Counted from the first letter of the stretch, positions 40,901 through 50,115 are shown. The stretch: 64,000 bases of DNA from Spirochaetaceae bacterium (GCA_051531975.1 JAOPTT010000013.1:32001-96000); one strand, 5' to 3'. Notes: generated by a model from the letters alone, not told the origin. Numbers and translations: made by a program.

Positions 40901-41726
40901 GTCCCGCCTCAAAAAGATGAACGAGTTTAATGGTTTGTAAAATGGGGTCTACAAGAAACAGACCTCTACCAGAAACAGTCCATATTTTGCCCTGGACATC
41001 TTTAACCGAACGAAATTGTCCCCAGGGACTCATTTTAGCCGGACCTGTTACAGGAAAATGTTTAAACTCTTCAGTTTTTGGATCAAATCTCTCAAAACCA
41101 AAGTTGGATAGATACAACCATAAAAAGCCTTCATCGTCTTCTATAATTGAGTTAACTCTTTTTCCACCTATAGATAGATTATTGTCTGGGTCGTTAATAT
41201 AATTTGTAAATGTACCATCTTCAGAATTATATTTACTCATTCCCCCAGTAAAATTACCAAACCAAAGTATTCCATCACTACTTTCCCATATACATAGAGA
41301 AATAGTATCAGCTATTGTATTAGGATCATCAGGATTGTTTTGAAACCGAGTAAATATTTCAGTTTCTGGGTCAAAACTATTTATACCATTAGAAACTGTA
41401 CCAACCCATATATACCCTTTAGAGTCTTCATGAATAAAAGTAATTGTATTTCCAGAAATAGAATCTGGATCGTTAGGATTATTGATATATAACTTTAACC
41501 TTTTACCATCGTAACGCTGTAATCCACTCCATGATCCAAACCACATAAAACCTCTACTATCTTGGTAAATAGCTCTAACAGAACTATCAGAGAGACCATC
41601 TTCCTGGGTTAAATGTTCAGTAAATATAGGTGTAGAAATTGTACTGGGCAAAGATTGGGCATAACAAAAGTATGAGTTTATTAGGAATAACAAAAGTAGG
41701 AAAGCTTTCTTTAACGTTAATATCAT
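34905..41726 (-). CDS. Giant hybrid histidine kinase (beta-propeller/Y_Y_Y sensor, TM, 5 PAS, HisKA, HATPase, REC, REC, Hpt)
   Basis: QDSRGFMWFG propeller repeats, YMLEGYD..W, PAS motifs, SHEIRTPMN and AHTLKG. Confidence 0.93.
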   Translation of the reverse strand: MILTLKKAFLLLLFLINSYFCYAQSLPSTISTPIFTEHLTQEDGLSDSSVRAIYQDSRGFMWFGSWSGLQRYDGKRLKLYINNPNDPDSISGNTITFIHEDSKGYIWVGTVSNGINSFDPETEIFTRFQNNPDDPNTIADTISLCIWESSDGILWFGNFTGGMSKYNSEDGTFTNYINDPDNNLSIGGKRVNSIIEDDEGFLWLYLSNFGFERFDPKTEEFKHFPVTGPAKMSPWGQFRSVKDVQGKIWTVSGRGLFLVDPILQTIKLVHLFEAGHLSYSLIYDDEVLWIASKNLNRGGLVRYDIKSNKVEYYKNDPNNPYSINANLALTLLKSSDGLVWAGLRFKGIDRFSIEPSAFNNFKQSPSSDTGFQGDLLYPPIEDNYGRIWIPTNRGINVILQNGSVLFYKNSDLSGGDSSIPNQIWKSISKDKNGRLWVLGTKTLLSLNIGDKLPSPENLLDKVENLYLELPLLETGTLSKNNNLKGMVVKDNFLWMLTTLGLYSFDLHKEVGRIYSPDNKETTDTINDFQSITIDPADSSLLWLTSWTKGLVSFNLKNSKFTFYRSGDKGSLSSSEVYSVAFDSNGTQWVGTNGGLNRRTTEGYEYFGISTGFDSDAFHFIVPDLKGSLWLGTRNGLKYFNPTNNSIQNFDRINGVGDFSYNDGAGILKNNGSIVIKSTTTMTIINPEKVKKAESNIPIKLVEIKTGLSGKEIESLPLIDKNKQYLDYFILKKSQNTFTIKYAVLGYFNSSRNSFQYMLEGYDEDWISPLNDVQFASYAKVPFGEYKFKVRTLNPLGTLEENELVVNMIILPYWWESPFAILGYVIIFLGLLILFIRYRERQSTKLRVELEDKIRERTNLLVESQERFELALAGSGDALWEYDSRSKVNWFSPRYIELLGYRQDEISHTFDTWAAHIHPDDKETSIEAFNNHLESDIPYDINYRMRIKGGEYRWFRARAKSTRDKNGLAIRTSGSVSDITIGKENEEELTLLNQLVYGSLDAADIGAFWVDFTEEDTFHSLDKTVNMIGIPVNESGNNYRISDWMTSLVKTSEFNSECKDIVDETLERFSGTVSGKYDVYRATYPILQKDGTLSWVTARADVTKRKSDGTALLMTGTLIDITEIKKGEEELKKINYMSGTALDLTKAGFWTIDYSDPDYFISSRRTSQILGEPEKDDFRFHIIDDWKKHISDADPKYAKDAERASIDAFEGRVPRFDASYPYKRPSDGKTIWVRTIGDIVRDDKGNPITMYGVVQDITDIKDAEIKIQNSEKQLQTLVATIPGTAYRCLMDKDWTMVYLSEEIETLSGYPASDFINNKNRTYESIVHSDDKDFISKATSEAIEKNEHWSMEYRILCNDGLTKWVYEKGNPEYDEKGNIIHLVGTILDISDRKKMEENIKEVNFKSDNALDLTKAGFWTIDYSNPEYYTSSERAADIFGEVHKEGYTYHLTDEWLNRIIEADPEIAEETGIRYGEAVEGQTARYDTIYPYKRPIDNKIVWIRAIGDVIRDENGKALFMYGVAQDITEEKESERALNEARDAAEAATKAKSDFLANMSHEIRTPMNAIIGLSHLIKKTNLSDKQDDYIRKISSSAKSLLGIINDILDFSKIEAGKLSMETIPFNVHEVFDNLGSMIGDKTQDKGLELIFNIGTDVPINLEGDPLRLGQILLNLTNNAVKFTNKGEIAVSVELLKEIKDKVSLKFSVRDTGIGLTKEQQGKLFQAFSQADTSTTRKFGGTGLGLTISKRLSEMMNGDIGVDSIPSVGSTFFFTGVFDIGEEQEKNVVPDDIKELNVLIIDDNETSREVLSVYVKDFSFKSVAVESGKQAVELFESKKDDEKPFDLVLMDCVMPEMNGFETLENINNILKESQKPKYLLVTSDSHENILKKIEPAGFDGFILKPVNQSQLFNSIIEIFGYRTLKGKHSGSEKYPENFDKVRGASILLAEDNLINQQVAMEILEGEGFFVDIADNGQIAIDQNKTKEYDIILMDLQMPILGGYDATREIRKDRSFKNLPIVAMTADAMTGVRDAVIESGMDDYITKPIDTHELWQTLAKWIKPRDRNLPEGYSRDSKDSKEIKKEDLPVIEGVDISTGVIRVGNNVKVYTNLLEQFLTEYKDFKSIIDPSLKNREDSVRVAHTLKGVSGNLGIDGIQEKAKELESGLKNSIPVDKIINRICMELESIALNVNKSGFFIKEVQPQVEKRPISSEELNQKIKIVIDSLERRKPKPAKEILDDLEDFILEDEVLNSIIECKSLLNKYKMKQAITILLTLIIE
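37155..38306 (-). repeat. Intragenic duplicated PAS module (37155-37505 and 37956-38306)
   Basis: LDLTKAGFWTIDYS...YPYKRP...MYGV.QDIT occurs twice, 801 bp apart. Confidence 0.85.
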
Positions 41727-41918
41727 GATAAAACCTCTGTTGGGATAGCTATAATTTTATATTTTATGTCTTTAATTATATATTTAACAAATGGTTTTAA
41801 CTATTCTTTTTTTATTATGATAACCACAAGATTTATACTCCAATCACCTTTGATTTTTTAATTTTACGATTTCCAAATTATTTCCCTTGGTATATAGTTT
41901 TATTAAAAGGACTCTAAA

Positions 41919-42662
41919 ATGAAACAATTTTGTATAACACCAGCAATGGGTAAAAGACTAATAGGTATGGGAATGGCTCAACTTCCAGAAGTTAAAAAAG
42001 TTTTAGAAAAAGGAACTCTTGTAATAATAGCAGGAACAACAAATGGATATGTTGCAGAAGAAATTCTTAAAGTTTTAAAACTAAATTCAAACTTTAATAG
42101 AAAAGGGTTCCGTCGTGGTATTACTGTTCCTCCAGGAAAGAAAGCCCCATCCTTTGAGTTTTTAGGTGATTTAATATTTATAAGTGGAGATTTACAAACT
42201 GGAAAAACTATATTTGATGTCTCTTCAGATCTAACAAAGCATGATCTGATTTTAAAAGGTGCTAATGCTATTGATGTCTACGACCAAGCTGCTATTCAAA
42301 TTGGACATCCAGAGGGTGGAACAATCCACGAAGCGTTAAAAGCTGTTTACGGGCGAAGAACAACTATAATATACCCAGTAGGAATGGAAAAAAGGGTTCC
42401 TGGAGATTTAAGAGAGATAGCTGAGATGTTAAATGTTTCAGAGGGATCAGGTCCAAGATTATATCCAAGTCCTGGTGCTATCTTTACAGAACTTGATGCT
42501 TTAGAGTTATTAACAGGTGCCAACTGTCAAATAGTTGCTGCAGGTGGAATTTATGGTGCCGAGGGATCTACCTGGATTGTAGCAAACGGAACAGAGGAAC
42601 AAGAAGAAAATGTTAGTGAACTAATCAGGGCTGCTGCAAAAGAAGAAGTCTGTGAAGTTTAA
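41919..42662 (+). CDS. Hypothetical protein, possibly NagB/RpiA/CoA-transferase-like fold
   Basis: AAGGA upstream; AGTTN and LKGANAID motifs. Confidence 0.6.
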   Translation: MKQFCITPAMGKRLIGMGMAQLPEVKKVLEKGTLVIIAGTTNGYVAEEILKVLKLNSNFNRKGFRRGITVPPGKKAPSFEFLGDLIFISGDLQTGKTIFDVSSDLTKHDLILKGANAIDVYDQAAIQIGHPEGGTIHEALKAVYGRRTTIIYPVGMEKRVPGDLREIAEMLNVSEGSGPRLYPSPGAIFTELDALELLTGANCQIVAAGGIYGAEGSTWIVANGTEEQEENVSELIRAAAKEEVCEV

Positions 42663-42679
42663 ACTTTACTAATTGAACA

Positions 42680-43228
42680 CTATTCAACATCTTCATTTAA
42701 TATGGCAAAATGAAGATGATCTTCCCATTTCCCATCTATTTTCAAATACTTTTTACTCAATCCTTCTTCAGTAAAGTTTAACTTTTTAATTACCTTAATT
42801 GATCTAACATTATCAGGGATTATATTTGCCTCAATTCTATGTAATTTATATTCTTTAAACGCTATATCGATTAGTTTCTTTAAAGCTTCTGTTATCTTAC
42901 CTTTGTTAATCTCACATTCATCTAATTTATATCCTAAAAAACATGACTGAAATACGCCATAAATTATATTTGTTAAAGATACTTTTCCAATAATTGAGTC
43001 TTCACCTTTATTAAAAATATATAGGTTTAAACTATCTTTGTTAATATTTGAACTGATTTCATTATTAATAGTCTCTTCTACCAAGTTATCAGAAAAATAA
43101 CTTTTTTCCCTTAATGGTTCCCATTTTTTAAGAAAACCGATATTTCTTTCCATGTAATCTAAAAGCAATTTAGATTCTTCAACTTTAAGCATTCTTAGAA
43201 TAAGCCTATCTGTTTCATAACTTTTCAA
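42680..43228 (-). CDS. RimJ-like GNAT N-acetyltransferase
   Basis: ETDRLILR, WEP, LGY, LHRIEANI and IDGKWEDH motifs. Confidence 0.9.
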   Translation of the reverse strand: MKSYETDRLILRMLKVEESKLLLDYMERNIGFLKKWEPLREKSYFSDNLVEETINNEISSNINKDSLNLYIFNKGEDSIIGKVSLTNIIYGVFQSCFLGYKLDECEINKGKITEALKKLIDIAFKEYKLHRIEANIIPDNVRSIKVIKKLNFTEEGLSKKYLKIDGKWEDHLHFAILNEDVE

Positions 43229-43445
43229 TATTAACTCCTCTGTAATTATACCCTAACTTTCAAAATTGAATTCTGCTTCCCAATCAAAAGTTCCTAGAAA
43301 TGCACCGATATAATAAGTGTAGATAATTACTTTATCTTTATCTATGTCCTTTACTTTAATTTCAGTTATACATATTGGATTTAATCATATTCACTTAAAA
43401 TAAAGCTTTTAATTTCATGATTTTACATAGTGAAAATAGTTAACC

Positions 43446-43474
43446 TTGCACAATTAAATATAGTGCCTTACTAT
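43446..43474 (+). promoter_or_regulatory. Sigma70 promoter of the YesM/YesN-like pair
   Basis: TTGCAC-N17-TACTAT, 5 nt before the ATG. Confidence 0.5.
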
Positions 43475-43479
43475 AATTT

Positions 43480-45312
43480 ATGGCATTTTCTCCTCTAAGT
43501 GGTGTGAGAAGGCTGAAAAGCTATATTAAATCTAAAATTGCAATTCAGTACATATTCATCATTACTTTATTTATTTCACTATTTATAGTTCTCTTTTTAT
43601 CTAGTTTTAACATTATGTTTAATATGCTTACAGAAGAAGTATATAAACAGTTAGGCCAAAAACTTGAAATAGTAAATACTGATATCTCAAATACAATCGA
43701 TGAAGTAATAGCTGTAAGCCATAGTCTTGCCACAGACACTTTAATTCAAGAGCATTTAAATGGGGTTTATAGTAGTTATACCTCTGACAAAGTTATTATG
43801 GACCGTATACAATCCCTATTGTTATTTAGTTCACTAGAACCTTTTCTAGATCTTACTTTTAGAGATACAGAAGGTAAAATTTTCTCAAATTGGAGTCGTA
43901 ATTTTTATTCATACGATTATCTCTTTGATTCAAAAAATGCTATAGAAGCTGCAAATAATGATGGCTCAATAGTATATGGTGAGTTTGAGATGTCTTTTAA
44001 TATTGATGATATAAGTGAAAGATCTCTTAGTTTATATAGACATATTTTGGGTCAAAACAGTAAAGATAAAAATAAAAGCCAATTGATTCTGACTATATCA
44101 GAAAGAGTTTTTTATAGAATATTTAATACTATACTATCAAATGACTCTGGGGGAATATATCTTACTGATGACAAAGGGGAAGTCTACACAGGACAACAAA
44201 ATAACTTCATCTCAGCAAATAAAATCTTTAATGTAATTCCATTTAAATCTTTAAACAAACAAGGAAGCTTTACCTGGGATTCAAGAAGATTTATTTATTA
44301 TAAGTCTCCTGTTAACAATATTCCTGATAGATTAAATAAAAGTCATTGGAATCTATATATTATTCTAGAATATAAAAATGTATCAGATCGTATTGGGCTT
44401 TTTACAACTTTAATAGTAGTTGGATATATAATTGCAATTATGTTATTAGTTATTCTCTTTTTTCAAATCAATATTGATATAGTAAAACCTATAAGAGAGC
44501 TTAGTTTTATAATGAAAAGTTGGAAAATTAATAAAAAACAGCAACTTCCATATAATAAAAAAAGTAATGAAATTGGTTTGATGTTTGAAACATTTAGCCA
44601 GATGGACGAGTCCATTAGATCACTATTTATAAATCTTGAAAAAGAACATAAAATACGTGAACTGTATCAATACAAAGCCCTACGTTCTAGACTAAACCCA
44701 CACTTTTTATTTAATACATTGAATACTGTTAAAATGTTAGCTGTCATTGATAAAAATGAACCTATAATCTCAATGATCGATTCATTAGGTGGAATTCTAA
44801 ATTATAGTATGAGGGAAGATGGTGGTTGGGTAACACTAAAAGAAGAACTTGAAAATATAAGAAAATATATAACAATACAAAATACAAGATTTGCTAGTAG
44901 AGTAGAGCTAAAAACCACTATAGAAGTAGATGAGAATCTTTATATTATAAAATTTATATTACAACCAATTGTAGAAAACATCTTTGTACATGGCTTTGAT
45001 CTTAATAAATTGGATAATGCACAGGTCAAGATATCGGCGGTAACATCCCAGGATTTCCTTATACTAAAGGTACAAGATAATGGTATAGGAATTCCTGAAA
45101 ATATAATTCCTAAACTATTTTTAAACGATGAATCTAATGAAAACAGTAGAGTAAAGAGAGACTCTATAGGGCTTCCTGTAGTATTTGAAATGATAAACAC
45201 TCTTTGTGGCGATCAATACAATATTGAAGTAGAAAGCATTATGGATGTTGGTACAACAATTATTTTTAAGCTCCCAATTCATAAAATACAGCCTAAAAAA
45301 TGGAGAAAATAA
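43480..45312 (+). CDS. YesM/LytS-type sensor histidine kinase
   Basis: LNPHFLFNTLN, LQPIVEN..HG and DNGIG motifs. Confidence 0.92.
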   Translation: MAFSPLSGVRRLKSYIKSKIAIQYIFIITLFISLFIVLFLSSFNIMFNMLTEEVYKQLGQKLEIVNTDISNTIDEVIAVSHSLATDTLIQEHLNGVYSSYTSDKVIMDRIQSLLLFSSLEPFLDLTFRDTEGKIFSNWSRNFYSYDYLFDSKNAIEAANNDGSIVYGEFEMSFNIDDISERSLSLYRHILGQNSKDKNKSQLILTISERVFYRIFNTILSNDSGGIYLTDDKGEVYTGQQNNFISANKIFNVIPFKSLNKQGSFTWDSRRFIYYKSPVNNIPDRLNKSHWNLYIILEYKNVSDRIGLFTTLIVVGYIIAIMLLVILFFQINIDIVKPIRELSFIMKSWKINKKQQLPYNKKSNEIGLMFETFSQMDESIRSLFINLEKEHKIRELYQYKALRSRLNPHFLFNTLNTVKMLAVIDKNEPIISMIDSLGGILNYSMREDGGWVTLKEELENIRKYITIQNTRFASRVELKTTIEVDENLYIIKFILQPIVENIFVHGFDLNKLDNAQVKISAVTSQDFLILKVQDNGIGIPENIIPKLFLNDESNENSRVKRDSIGLPVVFEMINTLCGDQYNIEVESIMDVGTTIIFKLPIHKIQPKKWRK

Positions 45313-45315
45313 TTA

Positions 45316-46824
45316 ATGAAAAGTGTAATTTTAGTTGATGATGAAATTCTAGTTAGGGTTGGTTTAAAGTCTTTATTAAATTGGGAGGAGATGGGTTTTA
45401 ACATTGTTGGAGAGTTTGGTGATGCTAACGCTGCAATTCATTTCCTAAAAGATAACCCTGTAAGGTTTATCTTAACTGATTTATATATGAAACCAGGTTC
45501 AGGTTTTGAATTAATAGAATGGATAAGAGTAAATTTACCAGAAAGTGGAATAATAGTTTTAAGTTGTCATAATGAATTCGATGATGTACAAAAAGCTATG
45601 AGACTAGGTGCAGATGACTATATTTTTAAATTATCCCTAAATCAAAATGAAATCTTAGATGTATTAAAACGTGTAGAATCAAAACGTACCCAATTCAGTT
45701 CTCAGCTTCCAATAGAAGTAATAAATAATCAGATAATTAAAAAAGATGAATTAACAAACTATATAAAGTTAAACATTACTGAAAAAACTACCTTTACTAA
45801 CGTTATGGCACTAACATATTATCAAAATGATTTAATTGAACCACTACGAGCACTTCTTGTGGAAAATGGATTTACTGATCTTCATTTTATCTACGATAAT
45901 AAATACCTGATCTTCTGTTTTAAAAATTTATCTACTGACATATTAACTACTATTAAACAAATTAAAGAGATTTCTGAAAAATACATATCAGGGTTATTAA
46001 TATGTGGAATATCTACAGATGAATCTCTAAACAAAGATAATATAGAAACAGCAATAAAAAATGCTATAACTGCTACATCACAATGTTTTTATGACACTAC
46101 TGAAATTTGCTTTTTTTACAATGATTATATTCTTCGTAAAGATACCTTTTATACTGATCTTGTAAATGAACATTTTTTTGTACGTTATAATGAGCTAAAA
46201 GTTTCAATTAACACAAATAATTTTGTAGTTATAGATGACACAATAAAAAATCTTTTTTCTATACTAAAAAAAGTAGCTCCTCCAGTTATAGAGACAACGA
46301 GACACTACATAATGGACATTTTAACAACTCTTAGAACAAAGCTTTATACACATAAAATACTTTTATCAAAAATAGAAGAGGATAATGAGAACTCTCTATT
46401 AGCAATAATAATGCACGGGCAGACATTAAATATAATAGAAAAAAGATTTTTCATGTTTCTAGAATTATATAAAGAGAAAATTATTAACTCTTGTATAAAA
46501 ATACGACCAGATATTGAAGCAGCAATGCGTTATATTTATGAAAACTGTACAAAAGGTATATCTTTAAGTGATATTGCAGATAATTCTAATATGAATTCAA
46601 GTTATTTCTCCCATATATTCAAAAAAGAGACAGGAACATCAGTAATTGACTATCTTCATGAAGTGCAGATAGAGAAGGCAAAAGAGTATCTGTTATCTGA
46701 TAAATATATGGTTTATGAAGTAGCTGAATTAATAGGTATGCAAAATGCAAACTATTTCAGTACTTTATTCAAAAAAGTAACTGGAAAAAGTCCTCAAGAA
46801 TACATAACTGGTAAAAATCTATAA
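45316..46824 (+). CDS. YesN-type response regulator (REC plus AraC)
   Basis: VDDE REC domain; SYFSHIFKKETG and YFSTLFKKVTGKSP AraC helix-turn-helix. Confidence 0.93.
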   Translation: MKSVILVDDEILVRVGLKSLLNWEEMGFNIVGEFGDANAAIHFLKDNPVRFILTDLYMKPGSGFELIEWIRVNLPESGIIVLSCHNEFDDVQKAMRLGADDYIFKLSLNQNEILDVLKRVESKRTQFSSQLPIEVINNQIIKKDELTNYIKLNITEKTTFTNVMALTYYQNDLIEPLRALLVENGFTDLHFIYDNKYLIFCFKNLSTDILTTIKQIKEISEKYISGLLICGISTDESLNKDNIETAIKNAITATSQCFYDTTEICFFYNDYILRKDTFYTDLVNEHFFVRYNELKVSINTNNFVVIDDTIKNLFSILKKVAPPVIETTRHYIMDILTTLRTKLYTHKILLSKIEEDNENSLLAIIMHGQTLNIIEKRFFMFLELYKEKIINSCIKIRPDIEAAMRYIYENCTKGISLSDIADNSNMNSSYFSHIFKKETGTSVIDYLHEVQIEKAKEYLLSDKYMVYEVAELIGMQNANYFSTLFKKVTGKSPQEYITGKNL

Positions 46825-46963
46825 ATTTTAAAGATAGATATAAAAATATTGAAGAGTTAAACTAAAATTCCAAAATCATTAAATAACATCACAAAATCCG
46901 TTCATATACTTCTGTTATATCTGTGGCATCCTTAAATTAGATATAAATCAAAGGAGATTTGAA

Positions 46964-48286
46964 ATGAAAAAAGTACTACTTATGTTAGTATCTCTTAGTT
47001 TAATGGTTGGATTATTTGCGAATGGAAATAATGAAGTTAAAGAGCCTACAGAAAAGAAACCTGTAACACTAATTTTTTGGGGTGGAGTTCCAGCAGAAAC
47101 AGGACCTGGGCAGGTTGTAGACAGATTTAACAAAGAGTTTGCAGATAAAGGTATTCAAGTAGAATACAACAGATATGTAAACGATGCCCCAGGAAATCTA
47201 AAACTAGATGTTAGTTTAATGGGTGGCTCTGATATTGACCTATATATAAGTTATGGATATGAAAAGTATGCAAAACGATCCAGTAATATGGCATTAAACC
47301 TTTCTCCTTATTTAACAAAAGACAGTTATAACGTAGAAAAAATGATTGGTCCAGCTGCTGATAAAAAAAGCCAAGTAGATGGTAAATATTTTGGTCTAGC
47401 ATCTAAGACATATAACAATGGTTTCCTTGTGAATAAAGATATGTTCGATGCTGCAGGTATCGAAATACCTTCAGCATGGACTTGGGATGAGTTTGTTGCT
47501 ACTGCTAAAAAATTATCTTATGGAGAAGGCCTAGACCACGTTTATGGTGCATATGCAAATACAACATGGAATCCTCAAGCTCCTCTAGAATTTCTTGAAG
47601 CAGAACTTGGTGCAGATTATATCTATAATCAAGCTGGAACAAAAGTAGACTTATCAAACCCAAAAATTGCTAGAGCAGTAGAAATGTTTTCAGATATGAT
47701 GAGCAGTGGAGCAATGCCAAGCCAACAAGATGCAGTAAGTCAAAAGATTTCTGGTACAAGTCTGTTTATTAACAAAAAATTAGCTATGTTACATGGAACT
47801 TGGAGTATTAGAGATGTTAAAAACTTAAAAAAATATCCACATGATTTTGTAACTGGTTATATTCCATTTCCTTCAGATGCACCTAAAAACTCACCATATT
47901 ACATGGTTGGTGGACCAGGTGATATGGTACAAATAAACAAAAATAGTAAAAACAGTGATGCTGCATGGACATTCATGAAATGGTATATCGAAACAGGCCT
48001 ATTAGAAATGGCTCCATTTGGAAGATTCCCTCTATACACTGGAACTGATATGAAAGAATTGGCAAATACAGTGTTAGCTGGAGTTGAAGAGTATTTTGAT
48101 AACGAATCTATTGTAAAAGGGTTTTTAACACCTGCAAAAGATTATTCAGTACCTTTTAAAACTGATCCAACTGTAACAAAAATATTAAAAGAGGAATTAG
48201 AAGCTGTTTATTACGGTGTAAAAACCGTAGAAGAAGCTCTTTCCGATGCAGAAGAAGCTGCAAATAAAGCTTTAGCAGATAAATAA
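46964..48286 (+). CDS. Carbohydrate ABC transporter solute-binding protein (family 1)
   Basis: LFANG signal, NKDMFDAAGIEIP..WTWDEF and AAWTFMKW motifs. Confidence 0.92.
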   Translation: MKKVLLMLVSLSLMVGLFANGNNEVKEPTEKKPVTLIFWGGVPAETGPGQVVDRFNKEFADKGIQVEYNRYVNDAPGNLKLDVSLMGGSDIDLYISYGYEKYAKRSSNMALNLSPYLTKDSYNVEKMIGPAADKKSQVDGKYFGLASKTYNNGFLVNKDMFDAAGIEIPSAWTWDEFVATAKKLSYGEGLDHVYGAYANTTWNPQAPLEFLEAELGADYIYNQAGTKVDLSNPKIARAVEMFSDMMSSGAMPSQQDAVSQKISGTSLFINKKLAMLHGTWSIRDVKNLKKYPHDFVTGYIPFPSDAPKNSPYYMVGGPGDMVQINKNSKNSDAAWTFMKWYIETGLLEMAPFGRFPLYTGTDMKELANTVLAGVEEYFDNESIVKGFLTPAKDYSVPFKTDPTVTKILKEELEAVYYGVKTVEEALSDAEEAANKALADK

Positions 48287-48295
48287 TTGAACAAT

Positions 48296-48323
48296 AAGGG
48301 TCCTAAATTACAGGACCCTTTTT
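48296..48323 (+). terminator. Intercistronic hairpin or terminator after the binding-protein gene
   Basis: AAGGGTCCT-N7-AGGACCCTT followed by TTT. Confidence 0.75.
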
Positions 48324-48337
48324 CTATGGAGAATTAA

Positions 48338-49234
48338 ATGTTTTCAAATAAGAGTATAAGTCCAATGCAGAAACATCTTGATAAAACCGGATACGCATTT
48401 ATAATGCCAAATCTAGTTCTGTTTTTTATATTTATAGTAATACCATTCACGGTTTCACTTTATACCAGTTTTATGGATTGGGACTATATGGAAGGTCTAA
48501 CAGCCATGAAATTTAATGGTGGTAAACACTATATAGATATGTGGACAGATAAATGGTTTACAGATTCACTAAAAAATACTTTTATATATGTAATTGGAAC
48601 TGTTCCAATCACTATCTTTTTATCAATGATTATAGCAGTTGCAATAGAAGAATACTCATATAATAAAAAATCTATTAGACTTATTATGTTTATTCCATAT
48701 ATATCTAATATTGTTGCAGTTTCTATAGTATGGCAAATGTTGTATTCATCATATGGTCCAATTTCAGAGTTTGTGCGAGCTTTTGGTATAGAACCTCCAT
48801 ACTGGCTTGCAGATTACAACTGGGCACTTCCAGCAATTATGGTTATGTCTGTATGGTTAAGTTTAGGTTATGCCGTAATGATATATACTGCAGGACTTCA
48901 GGCTATTCCTAAAGAGTTATACGAGGCTGCAAGAATGGATGGAACAAATTCAGTTCAGCTTCTATTTAAAATAATTTTACCACAATTAACACATACATCT
49001 TTTTTCCTCTTTATTACTCTATTCATAGGTGGATTTAAGGTCTTTGGTCAAATATTTGTTATGACCCAAGGGGGGCCAGGAACCAGTACCCATGTTCTTG
49101 TTTATTATATTTATACAGCTGCATTTAGTTTCTTTAAAATGGGATATGCATCAGCTATTTCTTGGGTGCTATTTATTATACTTTTTGCAATAACACTATT
49201 TCAGTGGAAGTTACAAAAAAGATGGGAGGATTAA
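48338..49234 (+). CDS. Carbohydrate ABC permease (MalF/UgpA type)
   Basis: EAA motif LYEAARMDG; MTQGGP. Confidence 0.95.
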   Translation: MFSNKSISPMQKHLDKTGYAFIMPNLVLFFIFIVIPFTVSLYTSFMDWDYMEGLTAMKFNGGKHYIDMWTDKWFTDSLKNTFIYVIGTVPITIFLSMIIAVAIEEYSYNKKSIRLIMFIPYISNIVAVSIVWQMLYSSYGPISEFVRAFGIEPPYWLADYNWALPAIMVMSVWLSLGYAVMIYTAGLQAIPKELYEAARMDGTNSVQLLFKIILPQLTHTSFFLFITLFIGGFKVFGQIFVMTQGGPGTSTHVLVYYIYTAAFSFFKMGYASAISWVLFIILFAITLFQWKLQKRWED

Positions 49235-49235
49235 A

Positions 49236-50093
49236 ATGAGATCACCAAACGAAAAATCAGTACCAGCAAAGGTAATAGTAACCTTCCTATTATCAATAAT
49301 GGCTTTAACAATGTTAATTCCACTAATATGGATGATATCAGCTTCATTTAAACTTCCTGCAGAAGTTATTAGTATTCCCATAAAGTGGATTCCAGAAAAA
49401 TTCCATATTGAAAATTATGGCGTTGTTTGGAATATAGGAGATCTTGCACCAAGGGATTATCACTTTGCTTTAAGTTATTTTAACTCAATAAAAGTTACGC
49501 TTATTAATCTTATTGGAGCTTTATTAACTAGTACACTAGCAGGATATGCATTTGCTAAAATAAAGTTTAGAGGTCGAGAAGGTATATTTTTACTCTATTT
49601 ATCAACAATGATGATTCCTCAACAGGTAACACTAATACCAAAGTTTTTTATGTTTGATACACTGGGAATGATAGGAACTCACTGGCCAATAATATTACCA
49701 TCCCTTGTGACACCTACTGGAACATTTATGATGAGACAATATTTTATGCAAGTACCTGATTCTTTGAGAGAAGCATCTACAATCGATGGTGCTAGTGAAT
49801 TTAAAACTTGGTGGAAGATAATGATTCCTCTTGCTAAAACTCCAATATCCTCTTTAGCTATCATAGTATTTATGTGGCACTGGAATAACTTTTTAGAACC
49901 TTTAGTATTTTTACGACACTGGAGCGACTATACAATACCTGTTGCATTAACCAGCTTCACTGATGAAAATACAACAGATTATAACCTAGTCATGGCTGCT
50001 GCTGTATCAGCAATGGTTCCAATGATAACTATTTTTCTAATAGGACAAAAGAACTTTGTACAAGGGCTTACTGCTGGAGCGGTGAAAGGCTAA
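49236..50093 (+). CDS. Carbohydrate ABC permease (MalG/UgpE type)
   Basis: LREASTIDGA and WNNFL.P motifs; ends GAVKG. Confidence 0.95.
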   Translation: MRSPNEKSVPAKVIVTFLLSIMALTMLIPLIWMISASFKLPAEVISIPIKWIPEKFHIENYGVVWNIGDLAPRDYHFALSYFNSIKVTLINLIGALLTSTLAGYAFAKIKFRGREGIFLLYLSTMMIPQQVTLIPKFFMFDTLGMIGTHWPIILPSLVTPTGTFMMRQYFMQVPDSLREASTIDGASEFKTWWKIMIPLAKTPISSLAIIVFMWHWNNFLEPLVFLRHWSDYTIPVALTSFTDENTTDYNLVMAAAVSAMVPMITIFLIGQKNFVQGLTAGAVKG

Positions 50094-50115
50094 ACAGTAA
50101 ATAACGAGGAATTAA

